Assembly: GCA_030603385.1 (NCBI GenBank)
Contig: JAUVXW010000001.1
Location: forward strand, 249,785 to 313,784
Length of the DNA stretch: 64,000 nt
Direction of reading: 5' to 3'
DNA from: Promethearchaeota archaeon
GTDB taxonomy: Archaea > Asgardarchaeota > Lokiarchaeia > Sigyniarchaeales > SOKP01
Position numbers and translations under genes: made by a program. Shown here piece by piece: positions 29,259 through 39,727 of the stretch; within the stretch, counting starts at the first letter, position 1, and each line of letters begins with the position of its first letter. The notes under the pieces were generated by a model. That model saw nothing but the letters and a program-made list of their open reading frames with translations, had not been told where the DNA came from and did not search any database.

Positions 29259-30716
29259 ATGACATTAAATGATGAACTTTTTGCAGAAATATTAAAGGAA
29301 ATTACTCCAACTCAAAAAGAAATTGCTTTAATTAAAACTATTACTGAGAAATTAAAATTATTATTGAATGAAAAAGTAAAAGAATTAGATATTAATTATA
29401 CAAAGATTGAACCTCAAGGCTCAACAGGAATCAAACAGACACAATTAAAAGATGATTTTGATATTGATCTCTTTATCGGATTAGATTATAAAGATTTTGA
29501 ACCAAAATATAGGGGATTAAGCAAGAATAAATTAAAAAAAGAGTCAAAAAAAGATTTTTTAGGCTTATGTAATAATTGGATAATCCCAAGTTTAACTTTG
29601 AAAGAATTTCACAATCCTCGGTTATTGTATGCAGAACACCCTTATGTAACAGTTGATTTTTATTTAAATGGTGTAGAAATAAAGATTGATATAGTCCTTT
29701 ATTTTGATTTAGATGAAGAAAGAATTAAACAGGAAGGTCCTATAACTGCCGTTGATCGTTCTCCTTGGCATGGGCGTTTTGTAAGAGAGAATCTATCTAA
29801 AGATCAAAAAAATGATGTTCGCCTTTTAAAACAATTTTTTAAATCAAATCATAGCTATGGGGATAAAAGCTCTGTAGGTAAGGTGGGTTTTATAGGGTAT
29901 AGCTCAGAACTACTTATTTATTATTTTGGCAATATAACTAATCTTTTTAAAAATTTTGATAATTTACCTTCGAATCCATTAGATTATTATAAGAGAAGTG
30001 TGAAAGATATACAAAAAATTTTACACTTTCAAAATGATTATTTAATTATCGTAGATCCTATTGATAAAAACAGAAATGTCGGATCAGCTATATCAGAAAA
30101 AGCATATAAATATTGTAATTATAGAATCAGTGAATTTTTAAAAAAACCGAATAAAGATTTTTTTAAGATAAATCCCATTGCAGAAGCAGATTTACAAGAT
30201 TTAAACGATCCCATTCTCTCAAATACATATATCGTAGAGTTAAAAAATTGCGAAAAGGAAATACATTATACAATAAATAGAGATAAATTATATTCATTAG
30301 GGGAAAGCATTGTGGTTAATGGAGAAAAAGAGTTCACTCATGCAGAGAGATTTGGTAATATTATTTTTGAACTATATTTTGAAGATGAAATTGATGAATA
30401 CAACATAGCAATTTATTGCGAAAATCCAGACATTTCCCAAACTTATATTCGTAAAGGTCCTCCAATTAAAGAATCCTTTCATGCAGACAATTTCAAAAAA
30501 AAAAATCCAAAGCATTTTGAAAGAAATGGATATTTATGGGTAGAAACTCGTAGAGGATTTAATAATTTCCTTAAATTCCTAAAATATTTCATTAAAAGTA
30601 AAATCACAGATAACTTTGAAGTACTTAATATTTCTAAATCCTTCAATACAAAAACATCCTCAGGAAAAAAAACAATAACCATTCTTACCGAAATGGTTTT
30701 ACCATTTTATATTTAA
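29259..30716 (+). CDS. cca: Archaeal (class I) CCA-adding tRNA nucleotidyltransferase
   Basis: GST...DFDIDLF, YAEHPYV, AVDRSPWH, GFIGYSSELL, VDPIDKNRNV, GPP. The ATG at 29259 is preferred over the TTG overlapping infB. Confidence 0.88.
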   Translation: MTLNDELFAEILKEITPTQKEIALIKTITEKLKLLLNEKVKELDINYTKIEPQGSTGIKQTQLKDDFDIDLFIGLDYKDFEPKYRGLSKNKLKKESKKDFLGLCNNWIIPSLTLKEFHNPRLLYAEHPYVTVDFYLNGVEIKIDIVLYFDLDEERIKQEGPITAVDRSPWHGRFVRENLSKDQKNDVRLLKQFFKSNHSYGDKSSVGKVGFIGYSSELLIYYFGNITNLFKNFDNLPSNPLDYYKRSVKDIQKILHFQNDYLIIVDPIDKNRNVGSAISEKAYKYCNYRISEFLKKPNKDFFKINPIAEADLQDLNDPILSNTYIVELKNCEKEIHYTINRDKLYSLGESIVVNGEKEFTHAERFGNIIFELYFEDEIDEYNIAIYCENPDISQTYIRKGPPIKESFHADNFKKKNPKHFERNGYLWVETRRGFNNFLKFLKYFIKSKITDNFEVLNISKSFNTKTSSGKKTITILTEMVLPFYI

Positions 30717-30719
30717 AGT

Positions 30720-32051
30720 TTAATGAGTTTCAGGGATTAATATAATAATATTAGTTCCTTTCTTATAATCTCCTTTAACTCTATCTTCAGCCCATACTTT
30801 GCCATTGAAACTTTGAACTACTTCTCTTACAAGTAATAATCCCAACCCAATTCTCTTAAAACTTCTGGGTTTCTCATAAATGTTATAAAAAATATTTTCT
30901 TTCATTTTATCTGGCATTCCAATGCCGTTATCCATTAAATCCATTCTTACATAATTAATTCCTTCTTTCTGTTCCAGATTAATTTTTACGATAACCTCTA
31001 CTTCATGATTATCGTTATAGCGAACTGAATTATTTAAAACTATTCGGAAAACATCAGATAAAATTTCACTCGCCTTTACTATATATGTTTCTTCCTTGGA
31101 ATCGAAAGTAATATTAATTTTCCTATCGGGAAATCTGGTTTTCACATATTCTATAGCATTTCCTAAGACTTCATTCAAGTGTATGGGGGTGTTTTTAATT
31201 TTCCCTATTTCTAGATCTGAGAGTTTTCTTACATTAACTCCCAGTTCTGCGCCCCTGTTTACTTGAGTTTTTGCAAGGCTTAACAATTCTTTAATACTCT
31301 CTTCAATATTATGCTTAACACATTCCTGAGAAAGAATTTCTAAAGAGAATTCTAAATTTTGAAGTATGTTATTAATATCATGCACAAAGAGATCTTTATA
31401 GAATTCTGCTCTATTGTATGCTAACCTATATTTACTTTCAGATCTTACTATTCTGTCCTCAATAACAGCAACAACACCAGTAATAAGCATCACAGTAGCC
31501 ATAACTACTCTAGAGAATTCTAATAATTCATCTGCTCCGGGATACCCTTGATCTCTAAGTATGCTTGCGATTACTTGTAATAATCCAGTACTCAAAATGA
31601 AACACATAAATGCATGAGTTGGCGTTTTCTTTTTTAAATATATTCTAATACTCAAGAATATCGCAATAAGTAATAAAAATGCAATTGTTATTTGTAATCC
31701 TAGTAGAGTCATTTGTTGCTGAAAAAATAATAAAATCATTGGAGCTACTGCTTTCTGAGCGGTTTTTGAAAAGGTTCTATAATATTCATGAGACACGGCA
31801 ATAATAAATAGTATGACACTTAAAGCTGCAAAACTAATACGCATTACTTCAAAAGTATCATATTGTTCTTGAGAAAATAATCTAAAACCTTCAGATAATG
31901 TTGCTGAAATATATGCGAAAAGCCATGAAAATAAATCCCTCCTTTTAAGACATACCCATGCAAAAATTAATGTAGCTACGAATATGACAACAGTTGTCGA
32001 TAAATTCATTACAAAATATTCTTTCAACTCTAAAACCTTAACCCTTTTCAA
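30720..32051 (-). CDS. Membrane-bound sensor histidine kinase
   Basis: Multi-TM N-terminus; H-box FVHDINN, N-box NNSVRYN, DNGIG, GLGL. Confidence 0.9.
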   Translation of the reverse strand: MKRVKVLELKEYFVMNLSTTVVIFVATLIFAWVCLKRRDLFSWLFAYISATLSEGFRLFSQEQYDTFEVMRISFAALSVILFIIAVSHEYYRTFSKTAQKAVAPMILLFFQQQMTLLGLQITIAFLLLIAIFLSIRIYLKKKTPTHAFMCFILSTGLLQVIASILRDQGYPGADELLEFSRVVMATVMLITGVVAVIEDRIVRSESKYRLAYNRAEFYKDLFVHDINNILQNLEFSLEILSQECVKHNIEESIKELLSLAKTQVNRGAELGVNVRKLSDLEIGKIKNTPIHLNEVLGNAIEYVKTRFPDRKINITFDSKEETYIVKASEILSDVFRIVLNNSVRYNDNHEVEVIVKINLEQKEGINYVRMDLMDNGIGMPDKMKENIFYNIYEKPRSFKRIGLGLLLVREVVQSFNGKVWAEDRVKGDYKKGTNIIILIPETH

Positions 32052-32224
32052 ATTTAATGATTAAAATATTAATAGAGTTGACTATTTTAAATCTACCCTT
32101 ATGTTAAAATCGTGAGAAATCCTTAAAGATTAACAGTTTATAGCTTAAATTCATAAAATTTTTATGATTTCACGTATTCTATACTTCAATTATAACAACA
32201 AAATTTGAACAAAGTGAATTAATC

Positions 32225-34477
32225 ATGGTTAAAGTTAAAAATCCAGAGGAGATCGCTCAACTGGTGACTTCTGGCTCATATGAGAAGAAACGTATATTCT
32301 CGATTACGGCACACATAGATCACGGAAAGACAACCGCTACAGATTACCTGTTAAGGCGTGCAGGACTTATGCGCCCTGAAGATGCTGGTCAACTTCAAAT
32401 GACAGACTCAGATGAAGAAGAGCAAGAGAGAGGAATAACGATATTTACAAGTGTAGTTCTCCTTGCATTTAATGACACTAGGAAGCCAGATGACCCTGAA
32501 CCCTATATCATCCAGTTAAATGATACTCCTGGTCATATTAGTTTTACCGGGGAGGTGTCACGGGCTCTCAGAGGTAGCGATGGTGCTATAATTTTAGTCG
32601 ATGCTCTTGAGGGTGTAATGACTCAGACAGAAACCAATATTCGCTTATCTGTAGGTGAGGAATTTTGTAAACCTGTTTTATTTATTAACAAGGTTGACAG
32701 ACTCATTAGTGAACTTAAATTAAGTCCTCAAGATACTTTTGCTAAAATAGATAAAATTACACGCGAAGTTAATGAGCTTATAAAAAAAGTGCGACCTGAA
32801 GGTTCGGGTTGGACAATTGATTTTGCTAAAAATTCCGTTGCTGTAGGTTCAGCAAAACATGGCTGGGGTTTTACTTATGAAATTTTAATTGAAAAAGGTA
32901 TGAAACCTCAAGATGTTTTCGCTAAATATAACGAAGGAGATATAGAATGGTTAAGAGATAATTTACCATTAGACGAGCCTATGTTGAGGATGATTGTTGA
33001 TCATCTACCTGATCCTGTTAGTGCTGCTAAATACAGAATACCCCATATATGGGGAGGTGACTTAAATTCTGAAATTGGACAATCTCTTGTGAAGAGTGAC
33101 CCAAATGGACCCCTTTACGGGATGATTACAAAAATCTTTTTGGACCCTAAGAGGAATTATCAAGCAACACTTATTGGCCGTGTTTTTTCAGGAACATTTG
33201 ACCAATCTGATTCAATCTATTTGCTCAACAGTGATTCAAGCAATCGAGTGAAAAGACTCGGCGTTATGGAGATAACTGATCTTCTGGATATTCCTAGAAT
33301 CCCTGCTGGAAACCTATTTGCATTATTTGGTTTTGTATGCCCTGCTGGGGAAACATTTATGCTCACAAGCGAAGTTCCCAAAGATAAAGAAGAAAGGAAA
33401 AAGTTGCACCCCTTCGAAAAAATTCATTATGCATGTGAGGCTGTTGTGTCAAGAAGTCTCAAACCAAAGGATCCACACGAAATCGATAAATTAGATGAAG
33501 TAGTAGGAAAATGGCTTAAAGCGAATCCAGAAGCAGAATATCGAAGAGACGATGAATCTGGTGAATTTATACTAAGTGGTATTGATCCTCTCCAAATCGA
33601 AATCTTAACTAAAAGGATTAATAAGCAAGTACCAATTTACATTGGAGAACCAATTATCATTTATAGAGAAAAAATTACAAAAAAGAGTCCTGACTATTAT
33701 ACAAAATCCGCAAATACTCATAATCGTATTTTACTGCACATAGAACCATTGGACGAGACTACAGAAAGATTAATCGAAACTGGGAAAGTTAATGATTTAC
33801 AAAATGATAAGGATAGAGCTCAGATTCTCAGAGAAGATGCGGGATGGGATGCAAAGGAAGCAAGACGTATAGTTGATGTTTATCATGGAAGCCTTCTTGT
33901 TAACGGTACTTCTGGATTACAAAGATTTGATCGTGTCAAATCTTATTTGAGTGCTGCCTTTAGAGATTGGCTTGGTAATTGTATTATAGCAAAAGAGCCT
34001 GCTGCTGGCATGAAAGTAGTTTTTACAGATATGACTATCCATGAGGATCCTCGGCATACGCAGTATGGCCAGATTGCTGGAATGGAATTTTCTGCTCTAT
34101 CTTTGGCTATGTTAGATGCAGACCCTCATCTATATGAACCAGTTCAGAAAATAGATATAAAAACACCACAAGGAACTGAGGGAAGCGTCACCTCGATCAT
34201 AAACAAGCGTCGTGGTCGAATAACAAACGTCATTCCTGAGGGTGAATACGTGAGAATTCAAGGTCAGATACCCGCAGCCGAGACAATTGGAATTGCTGAT
34301 GATATTAGAGGCTCAACCCAGGGAAGAGCATTTTTCGGTTATGAATTCAAGGGTTTCGAAAAGGTTCCTGCTTCTTTAGAAGAAGACCTCATTATGGAAA
34401 TCAGAAAACGCAAAGGCATGCCATTGGAAATGCCAAGTCGAAGAAGCTGGGAACGCTTTATTTACAAACGTACCTAG
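32225..34477 (+). CDS. Elongation factor 2 family protein with non-canonical diphthamide loop (probable Asgard aEF-2 paralog)
   Basis: AHIDHGKTT, EQERGITI, DTPGH, NKVD, EF-2 domains to RGSTQGRA; HEDPRHTQYGQ instead of H-R-G; no ribosomal-protein neighbours. Confidence 0.9.
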   Translation: MVKVKNPEEIAQLVTSGSYEKKRIFSITAHIDHGKTTATDYLLRRAGLMRPEDAGQLQMTDSDEEEQERGITIFTSVVLLAFNDTRKPDDPEPYIIQLNDTPGHISFTGEVSRALRGSDGAIILVDALEGVMTQTETNIRLSVGEEFCKPVLFINKVDRLISELKLSPQDTFAKIDKITREVNELIKKVRPEGSGWTIDFAKNSVAVGSAKHGWGFTYEILIEKGMKPQDVFAKYNEGDIEWLRDNLPLDEPMLRMIVDHLPDPVSAAKYRIPHIWGGDLNSEIGQSLVKSDPNGPLYGMITKIFLDPKRNYQATLIGRVFSGTFDQSDSIYLLNSDSSNRVKRLGVMEITDLLDIPRIPAGNLFALFGFVCPAGETFMLTSEVPKDKEERKKLHPFEKIHYACEAVVSRSLKPKDPHEIDKLDEVVGKWLKANPEAEYRRDDESGEFILSGIDPLQIEILTKRINKQVPIYIGEPIIIYREKITKKSPDYYTKSANTHNRILLHIEPLDETTERLIETGKVNDLQNDKDRAQILREDAGWDAKEARRIVDVYHGSLLVNGTSGLQRFDRVKSYLSAAFRDWLGNCIIAKEPAAGMKVVFTDMTIHEDPRHTQYGQIAGMEFSALSLAMLDADPHLYEPVQKIDIKTPQGTEGSVTSIINKRRGRITNVIPEGEYVRIQGQIPAAETIGIADDIRGSTQGRAFFGYEFKGFEKVPASLEEDLIMEIRKRKGMPLEMPSRRSWERFIYKRT

Positions 34478-34579
34478 TATTTTATATTTTTTTTTTTAAA
34501 ATTAATATTTTAGGCTTTAATTTAGATTTAATTGGATAGATTCAATATCTCCAAATGTTCAAAACAAAATATATTAAAT

Positions 34580-35158
34580 TTATGAAAAACTCGAGATTTT
34601 GGCAATCATATATAATTTTCTGACAAGAGCCTTAAAAGCGTCAGTTACACCCTGACCTGTTAGAGCACTTGTTTTATAATAACCAATAAATCTATTATCT
34701 TTAGCAAATTGCTCTACATTACTATCTGATGCTGGAATATTTGGATTTGAAGCTAGTTCACCATTATCGATTAAATCAACTTTATTTCCAAACAAAACGA
34801 TTGGTATGTTTCCACAGTGTTTCTTAAAATCATCAAGCCATTTACTGACATGATTATAACTTTCCGTTTGTTCAGAAGCATGAGAAAATACAATGATTGC
34901 TCCACTACTACCAGTGTAAAACCTTTGACGGAGTGCTTGAAAACTATCTTGGCCAGCAATGTCCCATAGATACAATTCAACTTTATCTCCATCAATAACT
35001 TCTTCATATTTAGAAAACTGGGTTCCCAAGGTTGAAATATATTCTTTCTGAAAAGAGCCTTGCGTATATTTTTTAATTAATGAAGTTTTACCAACAGCAC
35101 CATCTCCGATTACAGTTATTTTAAACCCATACCCTTTTTCAGCATTCAGTTTTTTCAA
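34580..35158 (-). CDS. Rab/Ras-like small GTPase
   Basis: GDGAVGKTS, YISTLG, WDIAGQ, GNKVD, KTSALTG. Confidence 0.93.
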   Translation of the reverse strand: MKKLNAEKGYGFKITVIGDGAVGKTSLIKKYTQGSFQKEYISTLGTQFSKYEEVIDGDKVELYLWDIAGQDSFQALRQRFYTGSSGAIIVFSHASEQTESYNHVSKWLDDFKKHCGNIPIVLFGNKVDLIDNGELASNPNIPASDSNVEQFAKDNRFIGYYKTSALTGQGVTDAFKALVRKLYMIAKISSFS

Positions 35159-35327
35159 TCACCATTTTGTAGTTTCTCTTTCTTAATTAGTAAAAGTAAG
35201 ATGTTTTAAATTTTTACAAAAGAATATCCTATTAAAATTTGATATAATAAATCGAATAACCAATATTAAAAGATTATATTATCAATATATGTTAGAAAAA
35301 CTGCTAAAGCTGAATATAGAAAGAAAT

Positions 35328-35888
35328 TCATATTGCAGCTCGTTGATATAATTTGAATATTAGTGCTTGAAATGCCTCTTTTACATCTTGACCTGTTAGC
35401 GCACTTGTTTTATAATATTTAATAATTTTATTATCTTGGGCAAATTTATTTACATGAACATCTGAAGTTGCATAATTTGGGCTTGTAGCTAATGCATTTT
35501 GGTCAACTAAATCAGCTTTATTTCCAAATAATATAGTAGGAATATTCCCACATGCTTCTTTTACATCCGAGAGCCATTTAGTAACATGACCGTAAGTTTC
35601 AATTTCTTCAGGAGAAAGAGAAAAAACAACAATAGCACCACTGCTTCCTGTATAAAACCTGCCACGTAGAGTGCTAAACGTTTCTTGGCCCGCTAAATCC
35701 CACAGAAATAATTCTACCTTGTCCCCTGCAACATTCGCTTCATATTTCGAAAACTGCATACCTAAAGTTGAAATATAATCTTTTTCAAATGAGTTTGTTG
35801 TATATCTTTTAATTAGTGAAGTTTTCCCGACAGCACTATCCCCTACTATCACAATCTTAAATTTGAAAGCATCACTCAAATGATTCAA
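35328..35888 (-). CDS. Rab/Ras-like small GTPase (tandem paralog)
   Basis: GDSAVGKTS, YISTLG, WDLAGQ, GNKAD, KTSALTG. Confidence 0.93.
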   Translation of the reverse strand: MNHLSDAFKFKIVIVGDSAVGKTSLIKRYTTNSFEKDYISTLGMQFSKYEANVAGDKVELFLWDLAGQETFSTLRGRFYTGSSGAIVVFSLSPEEIETYGHVTKWLSDVKEACGNIPTILFGNKADLVDQNALATSPNYATSDVHVNKFAQDNKIIKYYKTSALTGQDVKEAFQALIFKLYQRAAI

Positions 35889-36275
35889 CCTTTTATTTCA
35901 TTATATGTTTCCTAAATAGTAAAAATGAGCTATTTTAAATTTTTACAATATAATAATTACGAATAATTTTATAGAATGATTTCGAATATTTAGAATAAAA
36001 AAGCATATGATATCGCTATATTCTAAAAATCTAGTTAATTCGATTCCCCTTTTGGAACAACTTAATTCTCCCAAAGAAGAATATAAAATTTCGATTGCAT
36101 ATGGAAGAGTTTATTTAATAAGTCTATCACTTATACTTCTTTTTTTATAAAAATGATAAAAAATGCTTTAAAGAAGATTCTAAAATGGTCTAAAATGTAA
36201 AGATTTAAATATTATGAGATCGAAATTAGTTATTGATTTATTGAAAAATATAATTTAAAAAGAAGTTGATATCCA

Positions 36276-36977
36276 ATGGCTGATTGGAAAAAGTTTATAT
36301 GGGCAGTACCTATTGTTGGTGCTATCATCACATTTATATCAATGGCAATTCCTGCGATTACCACATCGACGTTAAGAAGTGAAATGATGGGACCAGCACC
36401 ATGGGACATGGATTTCTGGTTGATTGGACGTTTCAAGTTTGGGACTCTTGACGGAGGAGTAGATGAACTCTCTGATGTTTTTGGGGGTATATTTTCAGTA
36501 CCCATGGTTGCTTTCATTATTTGCTTTGCTGGTGTATTAATAGGCGCAATTTTAGCTGTAGCATCAGGAGTACTTGGATTTCGTGGAAATTTTAGAAAAG
36601 AAATTGCCCTGGCTGGTGGGGGTTTAATGGTTCTATTTAGTCTTATCTTTATAATATGGCTAGAAGTTGATATGAGCCTCTTTTCTGGTGACTCTGTAGT
36701 TGTCCCTGGGGATGTTTATACTTATAAGTATAACGTGGGTTTTGGAATAATTGGCCCCATTATTGGTGGAGTGCTTTGTATCGGTTCATTTTTTATGGAC
36801 AGAATCCCAACAACGGAACGAATAGTTCCAGAAACACCCAAGCAACCTCAAGTTACAGCTCAACCTCAAGCTGAACCAACTTCAGAAGCAAGGTTTTGTC
36901 CTCACTGCGGCACAGAAGTACCTGGAGATTTTTGTCCAGGTTGTGGAAAACCCTTCCAACCCTTAATTGCACAATAA
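36276..36977 (+). CDS. Four-TM membrane protein with C-terminal double zinc ribbon
   Basis: Four hydrophobic segments, a Pro/Gln linker, then FCPHCG...FCPGCG. Confidence 0.75.
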   Translation: MADWKKFIWAVPIVGAIITFISMAIPAITTSTLRSEMMGPAPWDMDFWLIGRFKFGTLDGGVDELSDVFGGIFSVPMVAFIICFAGVLIGAILAVASGVLGFRGNFRKEIALAGGGLMVLFSLIFIIWLEVDMSLFSGDSVVVPGDVYTYKYNVGFGIIGPIIGGVLCIGSFFMDRIPTTERIVPETPKQPQVTAQPQAEPTSEARFCPHCGTEVPGDFCPGCGKPFQPLIAQ

Positions 36978-37140
36978 AAAAATGATAAAAATCTTAAATA
37001 AATTTAATTTTTTCTTTTTATGATATCATTAATCAGAGAGTTCTTTTGATAAGCAATTAAGATATCCAGAATAATAAAGAATTAAAAAAATTTCCCATTT
37101 AAATATTAAAAATAATTTCTATTGGCGTTAAAATCTCTCT

Positions 37141-37266
37141 TTATTGTAAATTTTCTTTAAGATTATTTTTTAATTTCTCAGCCAAACTTCCTAGTTTATG
37201 AGCAGTCGCAGAAATTTCTTCCATTGAAGCAGTTTGTTGTTCTGACGACGAGTTTATTCCTTCCAT
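37141..37266 (-). pseudogene. C-terminal fragment of a methyl-accepting chemotaxis-like protein (41 aa)
   Basis: Translates MEGINSSSEQQTASMEEISATAHKLGSLAEKLKNNLKENLQ*, the typical MCP C-terminal methylation helix; not in the ORF track. Confidence 0.65.
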
Positions 37267-37364
37267 TATTTCAATTAAAACTAGTTAGATAAATTATTTA
37301 ATTCTATCTCGCTTCACAAGTAGAGTAGAATTAAATATTCTTATGTATTAACCTAAGTTTTAGA

Positions 37365-38081
37365 TTATTGAAAACCAAAAAGATTAATCAATTCCTCTGT
37401 GTTGTCAACTAATATATCTGGATTATGTTCTTGCAAAGTCTCCTTTTTAGCCAGACCAGAAGCTACACATATCATTTTTACATTCGCAGATTTTCCCGCT
37501 TCTATATCTGTTGTCATATCTCCTATAAAGATAGCTTCTGAGGGTTTTATATTCCATTTATCAAGGATTTTTATAATTCCTTCTGGACTTGGTTTCACTT
37601 CTGAAACCTCATTAAACCCTATAATAGTGCTGAAAAATTTATTTAAATTAAACTTTTCTAAAACTTCTTCGGCATATTGGCTTTTGTTATTCGTTAAAAT
37701 TGCTAACTTCAGTTTTTTATCATAAATTTTGCTAATTAACTCATCTATTCCCGTATATATTGAAGATTCAGCATCTTTATACTTATTGAATTGATTAAAT
37801 AAAAATATAGCAATACGTAGTTTTTTAAAATAACTTAATCCTTCTAAAAACCGTACTTGTAACAAATCATATGAATTAAGAAGAATTTTAGGGATGGGGT
37901 AATTTTGGATCTCTTCAATTAGATGAGCGAGTTCTTCCATAATTTCGTCTGTATTTACATTCATTTCATATTTCTCTACTGAATCGTCGACTGCTTTTTC
38001 AATTGCTTCAGAAATATTAAAAATCACACCATCCATATCAAAAATGATTCCTTTATATTTTTCTAAGTTAATTTTTTCCAT
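37365..38081 (-). CDS. HAD-superfamily hydrolase (phosphoglycolate phosphatase-like)
   Basis: IFDMDGV, LTNN, KPSP, IGDMTTDIEAG. Confidence 0.88.
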   Translation of the reverse strand: MEKINLEKYKGIIFDMDGVIFNISEAIEKAVDDSVEKYEMNVNTDEIMEELAHLIEEIQNYPIPKILLNSYDLLQVRFLEGLSYFKKLRIAIFLFNQFNKYKDAESSIYTGIDELISKIYDKKLKLAILTNNKSQYAEEVLEKFNLNKFFSTIIGFNEVSEVKPSPEGIIKILDKWNIKPSEAIFIGDMTTDIEAGKSANVKMICVASGLAKKETLQEHNPDILVDNTEELINLFGFQ

Positions 38082-38182
38082 ACTAAAGTGAATAAATATT
38101 TAGAACAATTTTAATTATACGAATGGCAATATTTTAAATAAACAAGTATCAACTATTATATTTATTAACTTCTCAGTTTAAA

Positions 38183-39067
38183 ATGAACGAAAAAAAAGAA
38201 GAAGAAAACGAAGAGCTTGAAAACGAAGAGGTTGAAGTAGACGACGACGACTTAAAAGTCTATTTAGAAGAAATGAAAGCTTTGGAGACTGATTTTTCTG
38301 ATTTAGAGGATCTAGACATGGAGGAACTTCAAGAAATCCAAGATGCTATTGCTAAAGTTAAAGAAAGCGAAGAAGCACCTAAAATTGAAGTAATAAGTGA
38401 AGAATTAACTGAAGAAGAAATTGAGATTGAGCTAAAGGAAGAAAAAGAGCTTAAGGAGGCAATGGTTACTGACTTTTCAGATATAGATGAAATCGATTTT
38501 GAGGAATTAAAAGATATGCAGGATGCAATCCAATCTGTTAAACAAGATGAAATACAGGGAATAGCTGAGGGAGAGACTGAAATCCAACCGACTCAAGGAG
38601 TTTCTAGAGAATTAGAGGAGAGAATTAAGCAAGAGCTCTTAAAACGAAAGGAAATTGAAGAAGAAATCATAACTCCAGAGAAATTTTTAGATTATATTAA
38701 AAACAAGCGTGATAAAATCTGGTACCATGCCCTTTACTATATTGTTTTTAATGTTGAGGATCATATTGCTTCAAAAATGTTATTATACGATGTTTTAAAA
38801 GAAGTGACGAGTAAATCACCAATCGATCCAATCCCAGAACACCAATTTTATTTTGGATTAGGGTACATCTTACGGTTGAATTTTAATAATAAACAAGTTG
38901 TCAGATTTTTGAAGGATGGGAAGTTTAAGATCAATGTCAATGTTAACAATTTAAAAGAAATGTTAGAAATAGCGGGAGAACCAATAAGTACTCGTCCTGT
39001 TATAAAAGAAGAAGAGAAGAAAAAGATGTTTAAAGATTTTCTAAAGGAAGATTTTTTTGATATATAA
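38183..39067 (+). CDS. Hypothetical highly acidic protein with an internal 24-aa repeat
   Basis: Glu/Asp-rich N-half with DFSDLEDLDMEELQEIQDAI and DFSDIDEIDFEELKDMQDAI; globular C-terminal domain. Confidence 0.7.
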   Translation: MNEKKEEENEELENEEVEVDDDDLKVYLEEMKALETDFSDLEDLDMEELQEIQDAIAKVKESEEAPKIEVISEELTEEEIEIELKEEKELKEAMVTDFSDIDEIDFEELKDMQDAIQSVKQDEIQGIAEGETEIQPTQGVSRELEERIKQELLKRKEIEEEIITPEKFLDYIKNKRDKIWYHALYYIVFNVEDHIASKMLLYDVLKEVTSKSPIDPIPEHQFYFGLGYILRLNFNNKQVVRFLKDGKFKINVNVNNLKEMLEIAGEPISTRPVIKEEEKKKMFKDFLKEDFFDI

Positions 39068-39097
39068 ATTTTTATGATTCTTATTAATTAAAAAAAA

Positions 39098-39724
39098 ATG
39101 AGCGAAAAACCTTCTTTATTAATTATAGGGAATTCAAATGTTGGTAAAAGTTCTATTACAAAATTAATTCTACCGAACCCTAGGGCGTTTAAAGGTAAAA
39201 TTGGGAAATCTCCCGGTAGTACTTTATTGATAAAACCAATAACTCAGCCCAATTCACCTTATAAAATAATCGACCTTCCTGGTTTTGGGTACTCAAAACA
39301 TTCAAGCCACAGACGAGAAGAACATATAAAGAAACAGATTGTTATCCACATCGAAAAGCATTATGAAGACTATTTTTTTGGTTTAGTTGTACTCAATATT
39401 TTAAGGATCGAAGATGAAATAAATAAGTATTTCATTAAGAACAAGAGAACAATTCCATTAAGTTTTGAACTTATCCAATTTTTAAATGAGTTTAAAATCC
39501 CAATCTTGATCATTTTAAATAAGATTGATAAGGTCTCTAATTTTGATAAAAATAAGATTATTAACTTACTTCTAAGGGCTGCTAAAGGATATAACCTTAA
39601 TTTAGTCCACTTAAATAATTATGATTATAAAAATAGCTCTGAAATCCCTTATTTAGAATTTTCAGCATTAAAAAAAATTAATTTAAAAGAATTAAAACTA
39701 GCAATTCAAAATTTTTTAAAGTAA
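39098..39724 (+). CDS. EngB/YihA-like GTP-binding protein
   Basis: GNSNVGKSS, PGST, DLPGFG, NKID, FSA. Confidence 0.8.
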   Translation: MSEKPSLLIIGNSNVGKSSITKLILPNPRAFKGKIGKSPGSTLLIKPITQPNSPYKIIDLPGFGYSKHSSHRREEHIKKQIVIHIEKHYEDYFFGLVVLNILRIEDEINKYFIKNKRTIPLSFELIQFLNEFKIPILIILNKIDKVSNFDKNKIINLLLRAAKGYNLNLVHLNNYDYKNSSEIPYLEFSALKKINLKELKLAIQNFLK

Positions 39725-39727
39725 AAA

